Part shown: positions 12,001 to 24,100 of the stretch, piece by piece | Position numbering within the stretch: the stretch's first letter is position 1 | Layout: each line of letters opens with the position of its first letter | Origin: the human T2T-CHM13v2.0 reference genome, Homo sapiens | Strand: one strand, 5' to 3' | NCBI RefSeq assembly: GCF_009914755.1 | Contig: NC_060925.1 | Length of the DNA stretch: 64,000 nt | The notes under the pieces: model-generated | The model's input: only the letters and a program-made list of their open reading frames with translations | Database searches by the model: none | Told to the model about the DNA's origin: nothing | Program-made: the position numbers and the translations under genes

Positions 12001-15000
12001 AAGAGTGTTTCAAACGTGAACTATCAAAGGAAGGTTCAACTCTGGACTTTGAATGCAAACGTCAGAAAGATGTTTCTGCGAAAGCTTCTGTTTAGTTAGG
12101 TGACGTTATCCCGTTTCCAACGAAATCCTCAGAGAGGTCCAAATATCCACCTGCAGATTCTGCAAAAAGTGTGTTTCCAAACTGCTCCACCCAAAGGCAT
12201 GTTCAGCTCTGTGAGTTAAACTCAATCATCACAAAGTATTTTCTGAGAATGCTTCTGTCCAGTTTTTACATGAAGCTGTTTCCTTTACTACCGTAGGCCT
12301 CAAAGCGTTCCAAATCTCCACTTGCAGATACTACGAAAAGGGCGTTTCAACCTGAACTCACAAGGGAAGGTTCAACTCTGTCAGTTGAATGCCAACATCA
12401 CAAAGAAGTTCTGGGAATGTTTCTCTTCAGTTATGTGAGTTTTATCCCGTTTCCAACGAAATTCTCAGAGAAGTACAAATATCCACTTGCATATTCTACA
12501 AAAAGTGTGTTTTGAAAGTGCTCCATCAAAAGATATGCTCAGCTCTGTGAGTTAAACTCAATCATCACAAAGAATTTTCTGAGAATGCTTCTGTCTTGTT
12601 TTAGGATGAAGTTATTTCCTTTACGACGATAGGCCTCAAAGAGGTCCAAATCTCCACTTGCAGATTCTGCAGAAGGAGTGTTTCAAACCTGAACTATCAG
12701 ACAAAGGTTCAACACTGTGAGTTGAATGCAAGCATCACGAAGAAGGTTCTGAGAATGCTTCTGTTTAGATAGGTGAGTTTTCTCCCGTATCCAACGAAAT
12801 CCTCAGAGAGGTCCAAATATCCACTTGCAGATTCTACAGAAAGTGTGTTTTGAAACTGCTCCATCCAAAGGAATGTTCAGCTCTGTGAGTTGAACTCAAT
12901 CGTCACAAAGTGTTTCCTGGGAATGCTACTGTCTAGTTTTTATGGGCAGTTATATCCTCTGCTGCCATAGGCCTCAAAGCGGTCCAAATCTCCCCTTTCA
13001 GATTCTACCAAAAGTGTGTTTCCAAACGGCTCTATCAAAGGGAATGTTCAACTCTGTGACTTGCATGCAATCATCACAAAGCAGTTTCTGAGAATGCTTC
13101 CATGTAGCTTTAATGAGCAGATATTTCCTTTTCCACCCCAGGCCTCGAAGCCCTCCAAATGTCCCCTTGCAGATGCTAGAAAGAGAGGGTTTCAAAGCTG
13201 CTCTATCAAAAGGAAAGTACAACTCTGTGAGTTGAATGCAAACATCACAAAGAAGCTCCTGAGCATGCTTCCGTTTAGCTTTCATGGGAAGATTATCCCT
13301 TTTCCATCGAAATGTTCAAAGAGGTCCACATATCCGCTTGCAGATTCCACCGAAAGAGTGTTTCCAAACTGCTGTATCAAAAGGAATCTTCAACTCCGTG
13401 AGTTGAATGCAATCATCACAAAGAAGTTTCTGACAATGCTTCTCTCTAGTTTTTATGTGAAGATATTTCCTTTTCCACCACAGGCCTGAAAGCGCTCCAC
13501 ATGTCCACTTGGAGACTCTACGAAAAGAATGTTTCAAAACTGCTCTATGAAAAGCAATGTTATACTCTGGGAGTTGAACACAAGCCTCACAAAGGACTTT
13601 CTGAGAATGCTTCTGTTTACTTTTTACGTGAAGATATTCCCGTTTCCAAAGAAATCTTCACAGACTTCCACCTATCCATTTGCAGATGCTAGAAAAAGAG
13701 AGTTTCAAAACTGCTCTATCAAAAGGAATGTTCAACTCTGTGAGTTGAATGCAGTCATCACAGAGAAGTTTCTGAGAAGGCTTCTGTCTAGATTTTATGT
13801 GAAGATATACCCGTTTCGAACGAAGGCCACAAAGTGCTCCAAATATCCACTTGCAGGTCCTCCAACAAGAGTGTTTCAAACGTGAACTATCAAAGGAAGG
13901 TTCAACTCTGGACTTTGAATGCAAACGTCAGAAAGATGTTTCTGCGAAAGCTTCTGTTTAGTTAGGTGACGTTATCCCGTTTCCAACGAAATCCTCAGAG
14001 AGGTCCAAATATCCACCTGCAGATTCTGCAAAAAGTGTGTTTCCAAACTGCTCCACCCAAAGGCATGTTCAGCTCTGTGAGTTAAACTCAATCATCACAA
14101 AGTATTTTCTGAGAATGCTTCTGTCCAGTTTTTACATGAAGCTGTTTCCTTTACTACCGTAGGCCTCAAAGCGTTCCAAATCTCCACTTGCAGATACTAC
14201 GAAAAGGGCGTTTCAACCTGAACTCACAAGGGAAGGTTCAACTCTGTCAGTTGAATGCCAACATCACAAAGAAGTTCTGGGAATGTTTCTCTTCAGTTAT
14301 GTGAGTTTTATCCCGTTTCCAACGAAATTCTCAGAGAAGTACAAATATCCACTTGCATATTCTACAAAAAGTGTGTTTTGAAAGTGCTCCATCAAAAGAT
14401 ATGCTCAGCTCTGTGAGTTAAACTCAATCATCACAAAGAATTTTCTGAGAATGCTTCTGTCTTGTTTTAGGATGAAGTTATTTCCTTTACGACGATAGGC
14501 CTCAAAGAGGTCCAAATCTCCACTTGCAGATTCTGCAGAAGGAGTGTTTCAAACCTGAACTATCAGAGAAAGGTTCAACACTGTGAGTTGAATGCAACCA
14601 TCACGAAGAAGGTTCTGAGAATGCTTCTGTTTAGATAGGTGAGTTTTCTCCCGTATCCAACGAAATCCTCAGAGAGGTCCAAATATCCACTTGCAGATTC
14701 TACAGAAAGTGTGTTTTGAAACTGCTCCATCCAAAGGAATGTTCAGCTCTGTGAGTTGAACTCAATCGTCACAAAGTGTTTCCTGGGAATGCTACTGTCT
14801 AGTTTTTATGGGCAGTTATATCCTCTGCTGCCATAGGCCTCAAAGCGGTCCAAATCTCCCCTTTCAGATTCTACCAAAAGTGTGTTTCCAAACGGCTCTA
14901 TCAAAGGGAATGTTCAACTCTGTGACTTGAATGCAATCATCACAAAGCAGTTTCTGAGAATGCTTCCATGTAGCTTTAATGAGCAGATATTTCCTTTTCC

Positions 15001-18000
15001 ACCCCAGGCCTCGAAGCCCTCCAAATGTCCCCTTGCAGATGCTAGAAAGAGAGGGTTTCAAAGCTGCTCTATCAAAAGGAAAGTACAACTCTGTGAGTTG
15101 AATGCAAACATCACAAAGAAGCTCCTGAGCATGCTTCCGTTTAGCTTTCATGGGAAGATTATCCCTTTTCCATCGAAATGTTCAAAGAGGTCCACATATC
15201 CGCTTGCAGATTCCACCGAAAGAGTGTTTCCAAACTGCTGTATCAAAAGGAATCTTCAACTCCGTGAGTTGAATGCAATCATCACAAAGAAGTTTCTGAC
15301 AACGCTTCTCTCTAGTTTTTATGTGAAGATATTTCCTTTTCCACCACAGGCCTGAAAGCGCTCCAAATGTCCACTTGGAGACTCTACGAAAAGAATGTTT
15401 CAAAACTGCTCTATGAAAAGCAATGTTATACTCTGGGAGTTGAACACAAGCCTCACAAAGGAGTTTCTGAGAATGCTTCTGTTTACTTTTTACGTGAAGA
15501 TATTCCCGTTTCCAAAGAAATCTTCACAGACTTCCACCTATCCATTTGCAGATGCTAGAAAAAGAGAGTTTCAAAACTGCTCTATCAAAAGGAATGTTCA
15601 ACTCTGTGAGTTGAATGCAGTCATCACAGAGAAGTTTCTGAGAAGGCTTCTGTCTAGATTTTATGTGAAGATATACCCGTTTCGAACGAAGGCCACAAAG
15701 TGCTCCAAATATCCACTTGCAGGTCCTCCAACAAGAGTGTTTCAAACGTGAACTATCAAAGGAAGGTTCAACTCTGGACTTTGAATGCAAACGTCAGAAA
15801 GATGTTTCTGCGAAAGCTTCTGTTTAGTTAGGTGACGTTATCCCGTTTCCAACGAAATCCTCAGAGAGGTCCAAATATCCACCTGCAGATTCTGCAAAAA
15901 GTGTGTTTCCAAACTGCTCCACCCAAAGGCATGTTCAGCTCTGTGAGTTAAACTCAATCATCACAAAGTATTTTCTGAGAATGCTTCTGTCCAGTTTTTA
16001 CATGAAGCTGTTTCCTTTACTACCGTAGGCCTCAAAGCGTTCCAAATCTCCACTTGCAGATACTACGAAAAGGGCGTTTCAACCTGAACTCACAAGGGAA
16101 GGTTCAACTCTGTCAGTTGAATGCCAACATCACAAAGAAGTTCTGGGAATGTTTCTCTTCAGTTATGTGAGTTTTATCCCGTTTCCAACGAAATTCTCAG
16201 AGAAGTACAAATATCCACTTGCATATTCTACAAAAAGTGTGTTTTGAAAGTGCTCCATCAAAAGATATGCTCAGCTCTGTGAGTTAAACTCAATCATCAC
16301 AAAGAATTTTCTGAGAATGCTTCTGTCTTGTTTTAGGATGAAGTTATTTCCTTTACGACGATAGGCCTCAAAGAGGTCCAAATCTCCACTTGCAGATTCT
16401 GCAGAAGGAGTGTTTCAAACCGGAACTATCAGAGAAAGGTTCAACACTGTGAGTTGAATGCAAGCATCACGAAGAAGGTTCTGAGAATGCTTCTGTTTAG
16501 ATAGGTGAGTTTTCTCCCGTATCCAACGAAATCCTCAGAGAGGTCCAAATATCCACTTGCAGATTCTACAGAAAGTGTGTTTTGAAACTGCTCCATCCAA
16601 AGGAATGTTCAGCTCTGTGAGTTGAACTCAATCGTCACAAAGTGTTTCCTGGGAATGCTACTGTCTAGTTTTTATGGGCAGTTATATCCTCTGCTGCCAT
16701 AGGCCTCAAAGCGGTCCAAATCTCCCCTTTCAGATTCTACCAAAAGTGTGTTTCCAAACGGCTCTATCAAAGGGAATGTTCAACTCTGTGACTTGCATGC
16801 AATCATCACAAAGCAGTTTCTGAGAATGCTTCCATGTAGCTTTAATGAGCAGATATTTCCTTTTCCACCCCAGGCCTCGAAGCCCTCCAAATGTCCCCTT
16901 GCAGATGCTAGAAAGAGAGGGTTTCAAAGCTGCTCTATCAAAAGGAAAGTACAACTCTGTGAGTTGAATGCAAACATCACAAAGAAGCTCCTGAGCATGC
17001 TTCCGTTTAGCTTTCATGGGAAGATTATCCCTTTTCCATCGAAATGTTCAAAGAGGTCCACATATCCGCTTGCAGATTCCACCGAAAGAGTGTTTCCAAA
17101 CTGCTGTATCAAAAGGAATCTTCAACTCCGTGAGTTGAATGCAATCATCACAAAGAAGTTTCTGACAATGCTTCTCTCTAGTTTTTATGTGAAGATATTT
17201 CCTTTTCCACCACAGGCCTGAAAGCGCTCCAAATGTCCACTTGGAGACTCTACGAAAAGAATGTTTCAAAACTGCTCTATGAAAAGCAATGTTATACTCT
17301 GGGAGTTGAACACAAGCCTCACAAAGGAGTTTCTGAGAATGCTTCTGTTTACTTTTTACGTGAAGATATTCCCGTTTCCAAAGAAATCTTCACAGACTTC
17401 CACCTATCCATTTGCAGATGCTAGAAAAAGAGAGTTTCAAAACTGCTCTATCAAAAGGAATGTTCAACTCTGTGAGTTGAATGCAGTCATCACAGAGAAG
17501 TTTCTGAGAAGGCTTCTGTCTAGATTTTATGTGAAGATATACCCGTTTCGAACGAAGGCCACAAAGTGCTCCAAATATCCACTTGCAGGTCCTCCAACAA
17601 GAGTGTTTCAAACGTGAACTATCAAAGGAAGGTTCAACTCTGGACTTTGAATGCAAACGTCAGAAAGATGTTTCTGCGAAAGCTTCTGTTTAGTTAGGTG
17701 ACGTTATCCCGTTTCCAACGAAATCCTCAGAGAGGTCCAAATATCCACCTGCAGATTCTGCAAAAAGTGTGTTTCCAAACTGCTCCACCCAAAGGCATGT
17801 TCAGCTCTGTGAGTTAAACTCAATCATCACAAAGTATTTTCTGAGAATGCTTCTGTCCAGTTTTTACATGAAGCTGTTTCCTTTACTACCGTAGGCCTCA
17901 AAGCGTTCCAAATCTCCACTTGCAGATACTACGAAAAGGGCGTTTCAACCTGAACTCACAAGGGAAGGTTCAACTCTGTCAGTTGAATGCCAACATCACA

Positions 18001-21000
18001 AAGAAGTTCTGGGAATGTTTCTCTTCAGTTATGTGAGTTTTATCCCGTTTCCAACGAAATTCTCAGAGAAGTACAAATATCCACTTGCATATTCTACAAA
18101 AAGTGTGTTTTGAAAGTGCTCCATCAAAAGATATGCTCAGCTCTGTGAGTTAAACTCAATCATCACAAAGAATTTTCTGAGAATGCTTCTGTCTTGTTTT
18201 AGGATGAAGTTATTTCCTTTACGACGATAGGCCTCAAAGAGGTCCAAATCTCCACTTGCAGATTCTGCAGAAGGAGTGTTTCAAACCTGAACTATCAGAC
18301 AAAGGTTCAACACTGTGAGTTGAATGCAAGCATCACGAAGAAGGTTCTGAGAATGCTTCTGTTTAGATAGGTGAGTTTTCTCCCGTATCCAACGAAATCC
18401 TCAGAGAGGTCCAAATATCCACTTGCAGATTCTACAGAAAGTGTGTTTTGAAACTGCTCCATCCAAAGGAATGTTCAGCTCTGTGAGTTGAACTCAATCG
18501 TCACAAAGTGTTTCCTGGGAATGCTACTTTCTAGTTTTTATGGGCAGTTATATCCTCTGCTGCCATAGGCCTCAAAGCGGTCCAAATCCCCCCTTTCAGA
18601 TTCTACCAAAAGTGTGTTTCCAAACGGCTCTATCAAAGGGAATGTTCAACTCTGTGACTTGCATGCAATCATCACAAAGCAGTTTCTGAGAATGCTTCCA
18701 TGTAGCTTTAATGAGCAGATATTTCCTTTTCCACCCCAGGCCTCGAAGCCCTCCAAATGTCCCCTTGCAGATGCTAGAAAGAGAGGGTTTCAAAGCTGCT
18801 CTATCAAAAGGAAAGTACAACTCTGTGAGTTGAATGCAAACATCACAAAGAAGCTCCTGAGCATGCTTCCGTTTAGCTTTCATGGGAAGATTATCCCTTT
18901 TCCATCGAAATGTTCAAAGAGGTCCACATATCCGCTTGCAGATTCCACCGAAAGAGTGTTTCCAAACTGCTGTATCAAAAGGAATCTTCAACTCCGTGAG
19001 TTGAATGCAATCATCACAAAGAAGTTTCTGACAATGCTTCTCTCTAGTTTTTATGTGAAGATATTTCCTTTTCCACCACAGGCCTGAAAGCGCTCCAAAT
19101 GTCCACTTGGAGACTCTACGAAAAGAATGTTTCAAAACTGCTCTATGAAAAGCAATGTTATACTCTGGGAGTTGAACACAAGCCTCACAAAGGAGTTTCT
19201 GAGAATGCTTCTGTTTACTTTTTACGTGAAGATATTCCCGTTTCCAAAGAAATCTTCACAGACTTCCACCTATCCATTTGCAGATGCTAGAAAAAGAGAG
19301 TTTCAAAACTGCTCTATCAAAAGGAATGTTCAACTCTGTGAGTTGAATGCAGTCATCACAGAGAAGTTTCTGAGAAGGCTTCTGTCTAGATTTTATGTGA
19401 AGATATACCCGTTTCGAACGAAGGCCACAAAGTGCTCCAAATATCCACTTGCAGGTCCTCCAACAAGAGTGTTTCAAACGTGAACTATCAAAGGAAGGTT
19501 CAACTCTGGACTTTGAATGCAAACGTCAGAAAGATGTTTCTGCGAAAGCTTCTGTTTAGTTAGGTGACGTTATCCCGTTTCCAACGAAATCCTCAGAGAG
19601 GTCCAAATATCCACCTGCAGATTCTGCAAAAAGTGTGTTTCCAAACTGCTCCACCCAAAGGCATGTTCAGCTCTGTGAGTTAAACTCAATCATCACAAAG
19701 TATTTTCTGAGAATGCTTCTGTCCAGTTTTTACATGAAGCTGTTTCCTTTACTACCGTAGGCCTCAAAGCGTTCCAAATCTCCACTTGCAGATACTACGA
19801 AAAGGGCGTTTCAACCTGAACTCACAAGGGAAGGTTCAACTCTGTCAGTTGAATGCCAACATCACAAAGAAGTTCTGGGAATGTTTCTCTTCAGTTATGT
19901 GAGTTTTATCCCGTTTCCAACGAAATTCTCAGAGAAGTACAAATATCCACTTGCATATTCTACAAAAAGTGTGTTTTGAAAGTGCTCCATCAAAAGATAT
20001 GCTCAGCTCTGTGAGTTAAACTCAATCATCACAAAGAATTTTCTGAGAATGCTTCTGTCTTGTTTTAGGATGAAGTTATTTCCTTTACGACGATAGGCCT
20101 CAAAGAGGTCCAAATCTCCACTTGCAGATTCTGCAGAAGGAGTGTTTCAAACCGGAACTATCAGACAAAGGTTCAACACTGTGAGTTGAATGCAAGCATC
20201 ACGAAGAAGGTTCTGAGAATGCTTCTGTTTAGATAGGTGAGTTTTCTCCCGTATCCAACGAAATCCTCAGAGAGGTCCAAATATCCACTTGCAGATTCTA
20301 CAGAAAGTGTGTTTTGAAACTGCTCCATCCAAAGGAATGTTCAGCTCTGTGAGTTGAACTCAATCGTCACAAAGTGTTTCCTGGGAATGCTACTGTCTAG
20401 TTTTTATGGGCAGTTATATCCTCTGCTGCCATAGGCCTCAAAGCGGTCCAAATCTCCCCTTTCAGATTCTACCAAAAGTGTGTTTCCAAACGGCTCTATC
20501 AAAGGGAATGTTCAACTCTGTGACTTGCATGCAATCATCACAAAGCAGTTTCTGAGAATGCTTCCATGTAGCTTTAATGAGCAGATATTTCCTTTTCCAC
20601 CCCAGGCCTCGAAGCCCTCCAAATGTCCCCTTGCAGATGCTAGAAAGAGAAGGTTTCAAAGCTGCTCTATCAAAAGGAAAGTACAACTCTGTGAGTTGAA
20701 TGCAAACATCACAAAGAAGCTCCTGAGCATGCTTCCGTTTAGCTTTCATGGGAAGATTATCCCTTTTCCATCGAAATGTTCAAAGAGGTCCACATATCCG
20801 CTTGCAGATTCCACCGAAAGAGTGTTTCCAAACTGCTGTATCAAAAGGAATCTTCAACTCCGTGAGTTGAATGCAATCATCACAAAGAAGTTTCTGACAA
20901 TGCTTCTCTCTAGTTTTTATGTGAAGATATTTCCTTTTCCACCACAGGCCTGAAAGCGCTCCACATGTCCACTTGGAGACTCTACGAAAAGAATGTTTCA

Positions 21001-21150
21001 AAACTGCTCTATGAAAAGCAATGTTATACTCTGGGAGTTGAACACAAGCCTCACAAAGGACTTTCTGAGAATGCTTCTGTTTACTTTTTACGTGAAGATA
21101 TTCCCGTTTCCAAAGAAATCTTCACAGACTTCCACCTATCCATTTGCAGA
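6040..21150. repeat. Tandem duplication of a 4-HOR block (period 7,464 bp); ends approximate
   Basis: Rare variants pair exactly 7,464 bp apart: 7134/14598, 7839/15303, 8958/16422, 9332/16796, 10836/18300, 11065/18529, 11125/18589, 11198/18662, 12702/20166, 13064/20528, 13500/20964. Confidence 0.9.
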
Positions 21151-24100
21151 TGCTACAAAAAGAGAGTTTCAAAACTGCTCTATCAAAAGGAATGTTCAAC
21201 TCTGTGAGTTGAATGCAGTCATCACAGAGAAGTTTCTGAGAAGGCTTCTGTCTAGATTTTATGTGAAGATATACCCGTTTCGAACGAAGGCCACAAAGTG
21301 CTCCAAATATCCACTTGCAGGTCCTCCAACAAGAGTGTTTCAAACGTGAACTATCAAAGGAAGGTTCAACTCTGGACTTTGAATGCAAACGTCAGAAAGA
21401 TGTTTCTGCGAAAGCTTCTGTTTAGTTAGGTGACGTTATCCCGTTTCCAACGAAATCCTCAGAGAGGTCCAAATATCCACCTGCAGATTCTGCAAAAAGT
21501 GTGTTTCCAAACTGCTCCACCCAAAGGCATGTTCAGCTCTGTGAGTTAAACTCAATCATCACAAAGTATTTTCTGAGAATGCTTCTGTCCAGTTTTTACA
21601 TGAAGCTGTTTCCTTTACTACCGTAGGCCTCAAAGCGTTCCAAATCTCCACTTGCAGATACTACGAAAAGGGCGTTTCAACCTGAACTCACAAGGGAAGG
21701 TTCAACTCTGTCAGTTGAATGCCAACATCACAAAGAAGTTCTGGGAATGTTTCTCTTCAGTTATGTGAGTTTTATCCCGTTTCCAACGAAATTCTCAGAG
21801 AAGTACAGATATCCACTTGCATATTCTACAAAAAGTGTGTTTTGAAAGTGCTCCATCAAAAGATATGCTCAGCTCTGTGAGTTAAACTCAATCATCACAA
21901 AGAATTTTCTGAGAATGCTTCTGTCTTGTTTTAGGATGAAGTTATTTCCTTTACGACGATAGGCCTCAAAGAGGTCCAAATCTCCACTTGCAGATTCTGC
22001 AGAAGGAGTGTTTCAAACCTGAACTATCAGAGAAAGGTTCAACACTGTGAGTTGAATGCAAGCATCACGAAGAAGGTTCTGAGAATGCTTCTGTTTAGAT
22101 AGGTGAGTTTTCTCCCGTATCCAACGAAATCCTCAGAGAGGTCCAAATATCCACTTGCAGATTCTACAGAAAGTGTGTTTTGAAACTGCTCCATCCAAAG
22201 GAATGTTCAGCTCTGTGAGTTGAACTCAATCGTCACAAAGTGTTTCCTGGGAATGCTACTGTCTAGTTTTTATGGGCAGTTATATCCTCTGCTGCCATAG
22301 GCCTCAAAGCGGTCCAAATCTCCCCTTTCAGATTCTACCAAAAGTGTGTTTCCAAACGGCTCTATCAAAGGGAATGTTCAACTCTGTGACTTGAATGCAA
22401 TCATCACAAAGCAGTTTCTGAGAATGCTTCCATGTAGCTTTAATGAGCAGATATTTCCTTTTCCACCCCAGGCCTCGAAGCCCTCCAAATGTCCCCTTGC
22501 AGATGCTAGAAAGAGAGGGTTTCAAAGCTGCTCTATCAAAAGGAAAGTACAACTCTGTGAGTTGAATGCAAACATCACAAAGAAGCTCCTGAGCATGCTT
22601 CCGTTTAGCTTTCATGGGAAGATTATCCCTTTTCCATCGAAATGTTCAAAGAGGTCCACATATCCGCTTGCAGATTCCACCGAAAGAGTGTTTCCAAACT
22701 GCTGTATCAAAAGGAATCTTCAACTCCGTGAGTTGAATGCAATCATCACAAAGAAGTTTCTGACAATGCTTCTCTCTAGTTTTTATGTGAAGATATTTCC
22801 TTTTCCACCACAGGCCTGAAAGCGCTCCAAATGTCCACTTGGAGACTCTACGAAAAGAATGTTTCAAAACTGCTCTATGAAAAGCAATGTTATACTCTGG
22901 GAGTTGAACACAAGCCTCACAAAGGACTTTCTGAGAATGCTTCTGTTTACTTTTTACGTGAAGATATTCCCGTTTCCAAAGAAATCTTCACAGACTTCCA
23001 CCTATCCATTTGCAGATGCTAGAAAAAGAGAGTTTCAAAACTGCTCTATCAAAAGGAATGTTCAACTCTGTGAGTTGAATGCAGTCATCACAGAGAAGTT
23101 TCTGAGAAGGCTTCTGTCTAGATTTTATGTGAAGATATACCCGTTTCGAACGAAGGCCACAAAGTGCTCCAAATATCCACTTGCAGGTCCTCCAACAAGA
23201 GTGTTTCAAACGTGAACTATCAAAGGAAGGTTCAACTCTGGACTTTGAATGCAAACGTCAGAAAGATGTTTCTGCGAAAGCTTCTGTTTAGTTAGGTGAC
23301 GTTATCCCGTTTCCAACGAAATCCTCAGAGAGGTCCAAATATCCACCTGCAGATTCTGCAAAAAGTGTGTTTCCAAACTGCTCCACCCAAAGGCATGTTC
23401 AGCTCTGTGAGTTAAACTCAATCATCACAAAGTATTTTCTGAGAATGCTTCTGTCCAGTTTTTACATGAAGCTGTTTCCTTTACTACCGTAGGCCTCAAA
23501 GCGTTCCAAATCTCCACTTGCAGATACTACGAAAAGGGCGTTTCAACCTGAACTCACAAGGGAAGGTTCAACTCTGTCAGTTGAATGCCAACATCACAAA
23601 GAAGTTCTGGGAATGTTTCTCTTCAGTTATGTGAGTTTTATCCCGTTTCCAACGAAATTCTCAGAGAAGTACAAATATCCACTTGCATATTCTACAAAAA
23701 GTGTGTTTTGAAAGTGCTCCATCAAAAGATATGCTCAGCTCTGTGAGTTAAACTCAATCATCACAAAGAATTTTCTGAGAATGCTTCTGTCTTGTTTTAG
23801 GATGAAGTTATTTCCTTTACGACGATAGGCCTCAAAGAGGTCCAAATCTCCACTTGCAGATTCTGCAGAAGGAGTGTTTCAAACCTGAACTATCAGAGAA
23901 AGGTTCAACACTGTGAGTTGAATGCAAGCATCACGAAGAAGGTTCTGAGAATGCTTCTGTTTAGATAGGTGAGTTTTCTCCCGTATCCAACGAAATCCTC
24001 AGAGAGGTCCAAATATCCACTTGCAGATTCTACAGAAAGTGTGTTTTGAAACTGCTCCATCCAAAGGAATGTTCAGCTCTGTGAGTTGAACTCAATCGTC

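Noticed and set aside
20965-21207. Extended 80-aa ORF (also 35893..36135)
   Set aside because: A single TAG>TAC change (21156, 36084) reads through a stop in satellite sequence. It is useful only as a marker shared by units 12 and 20.
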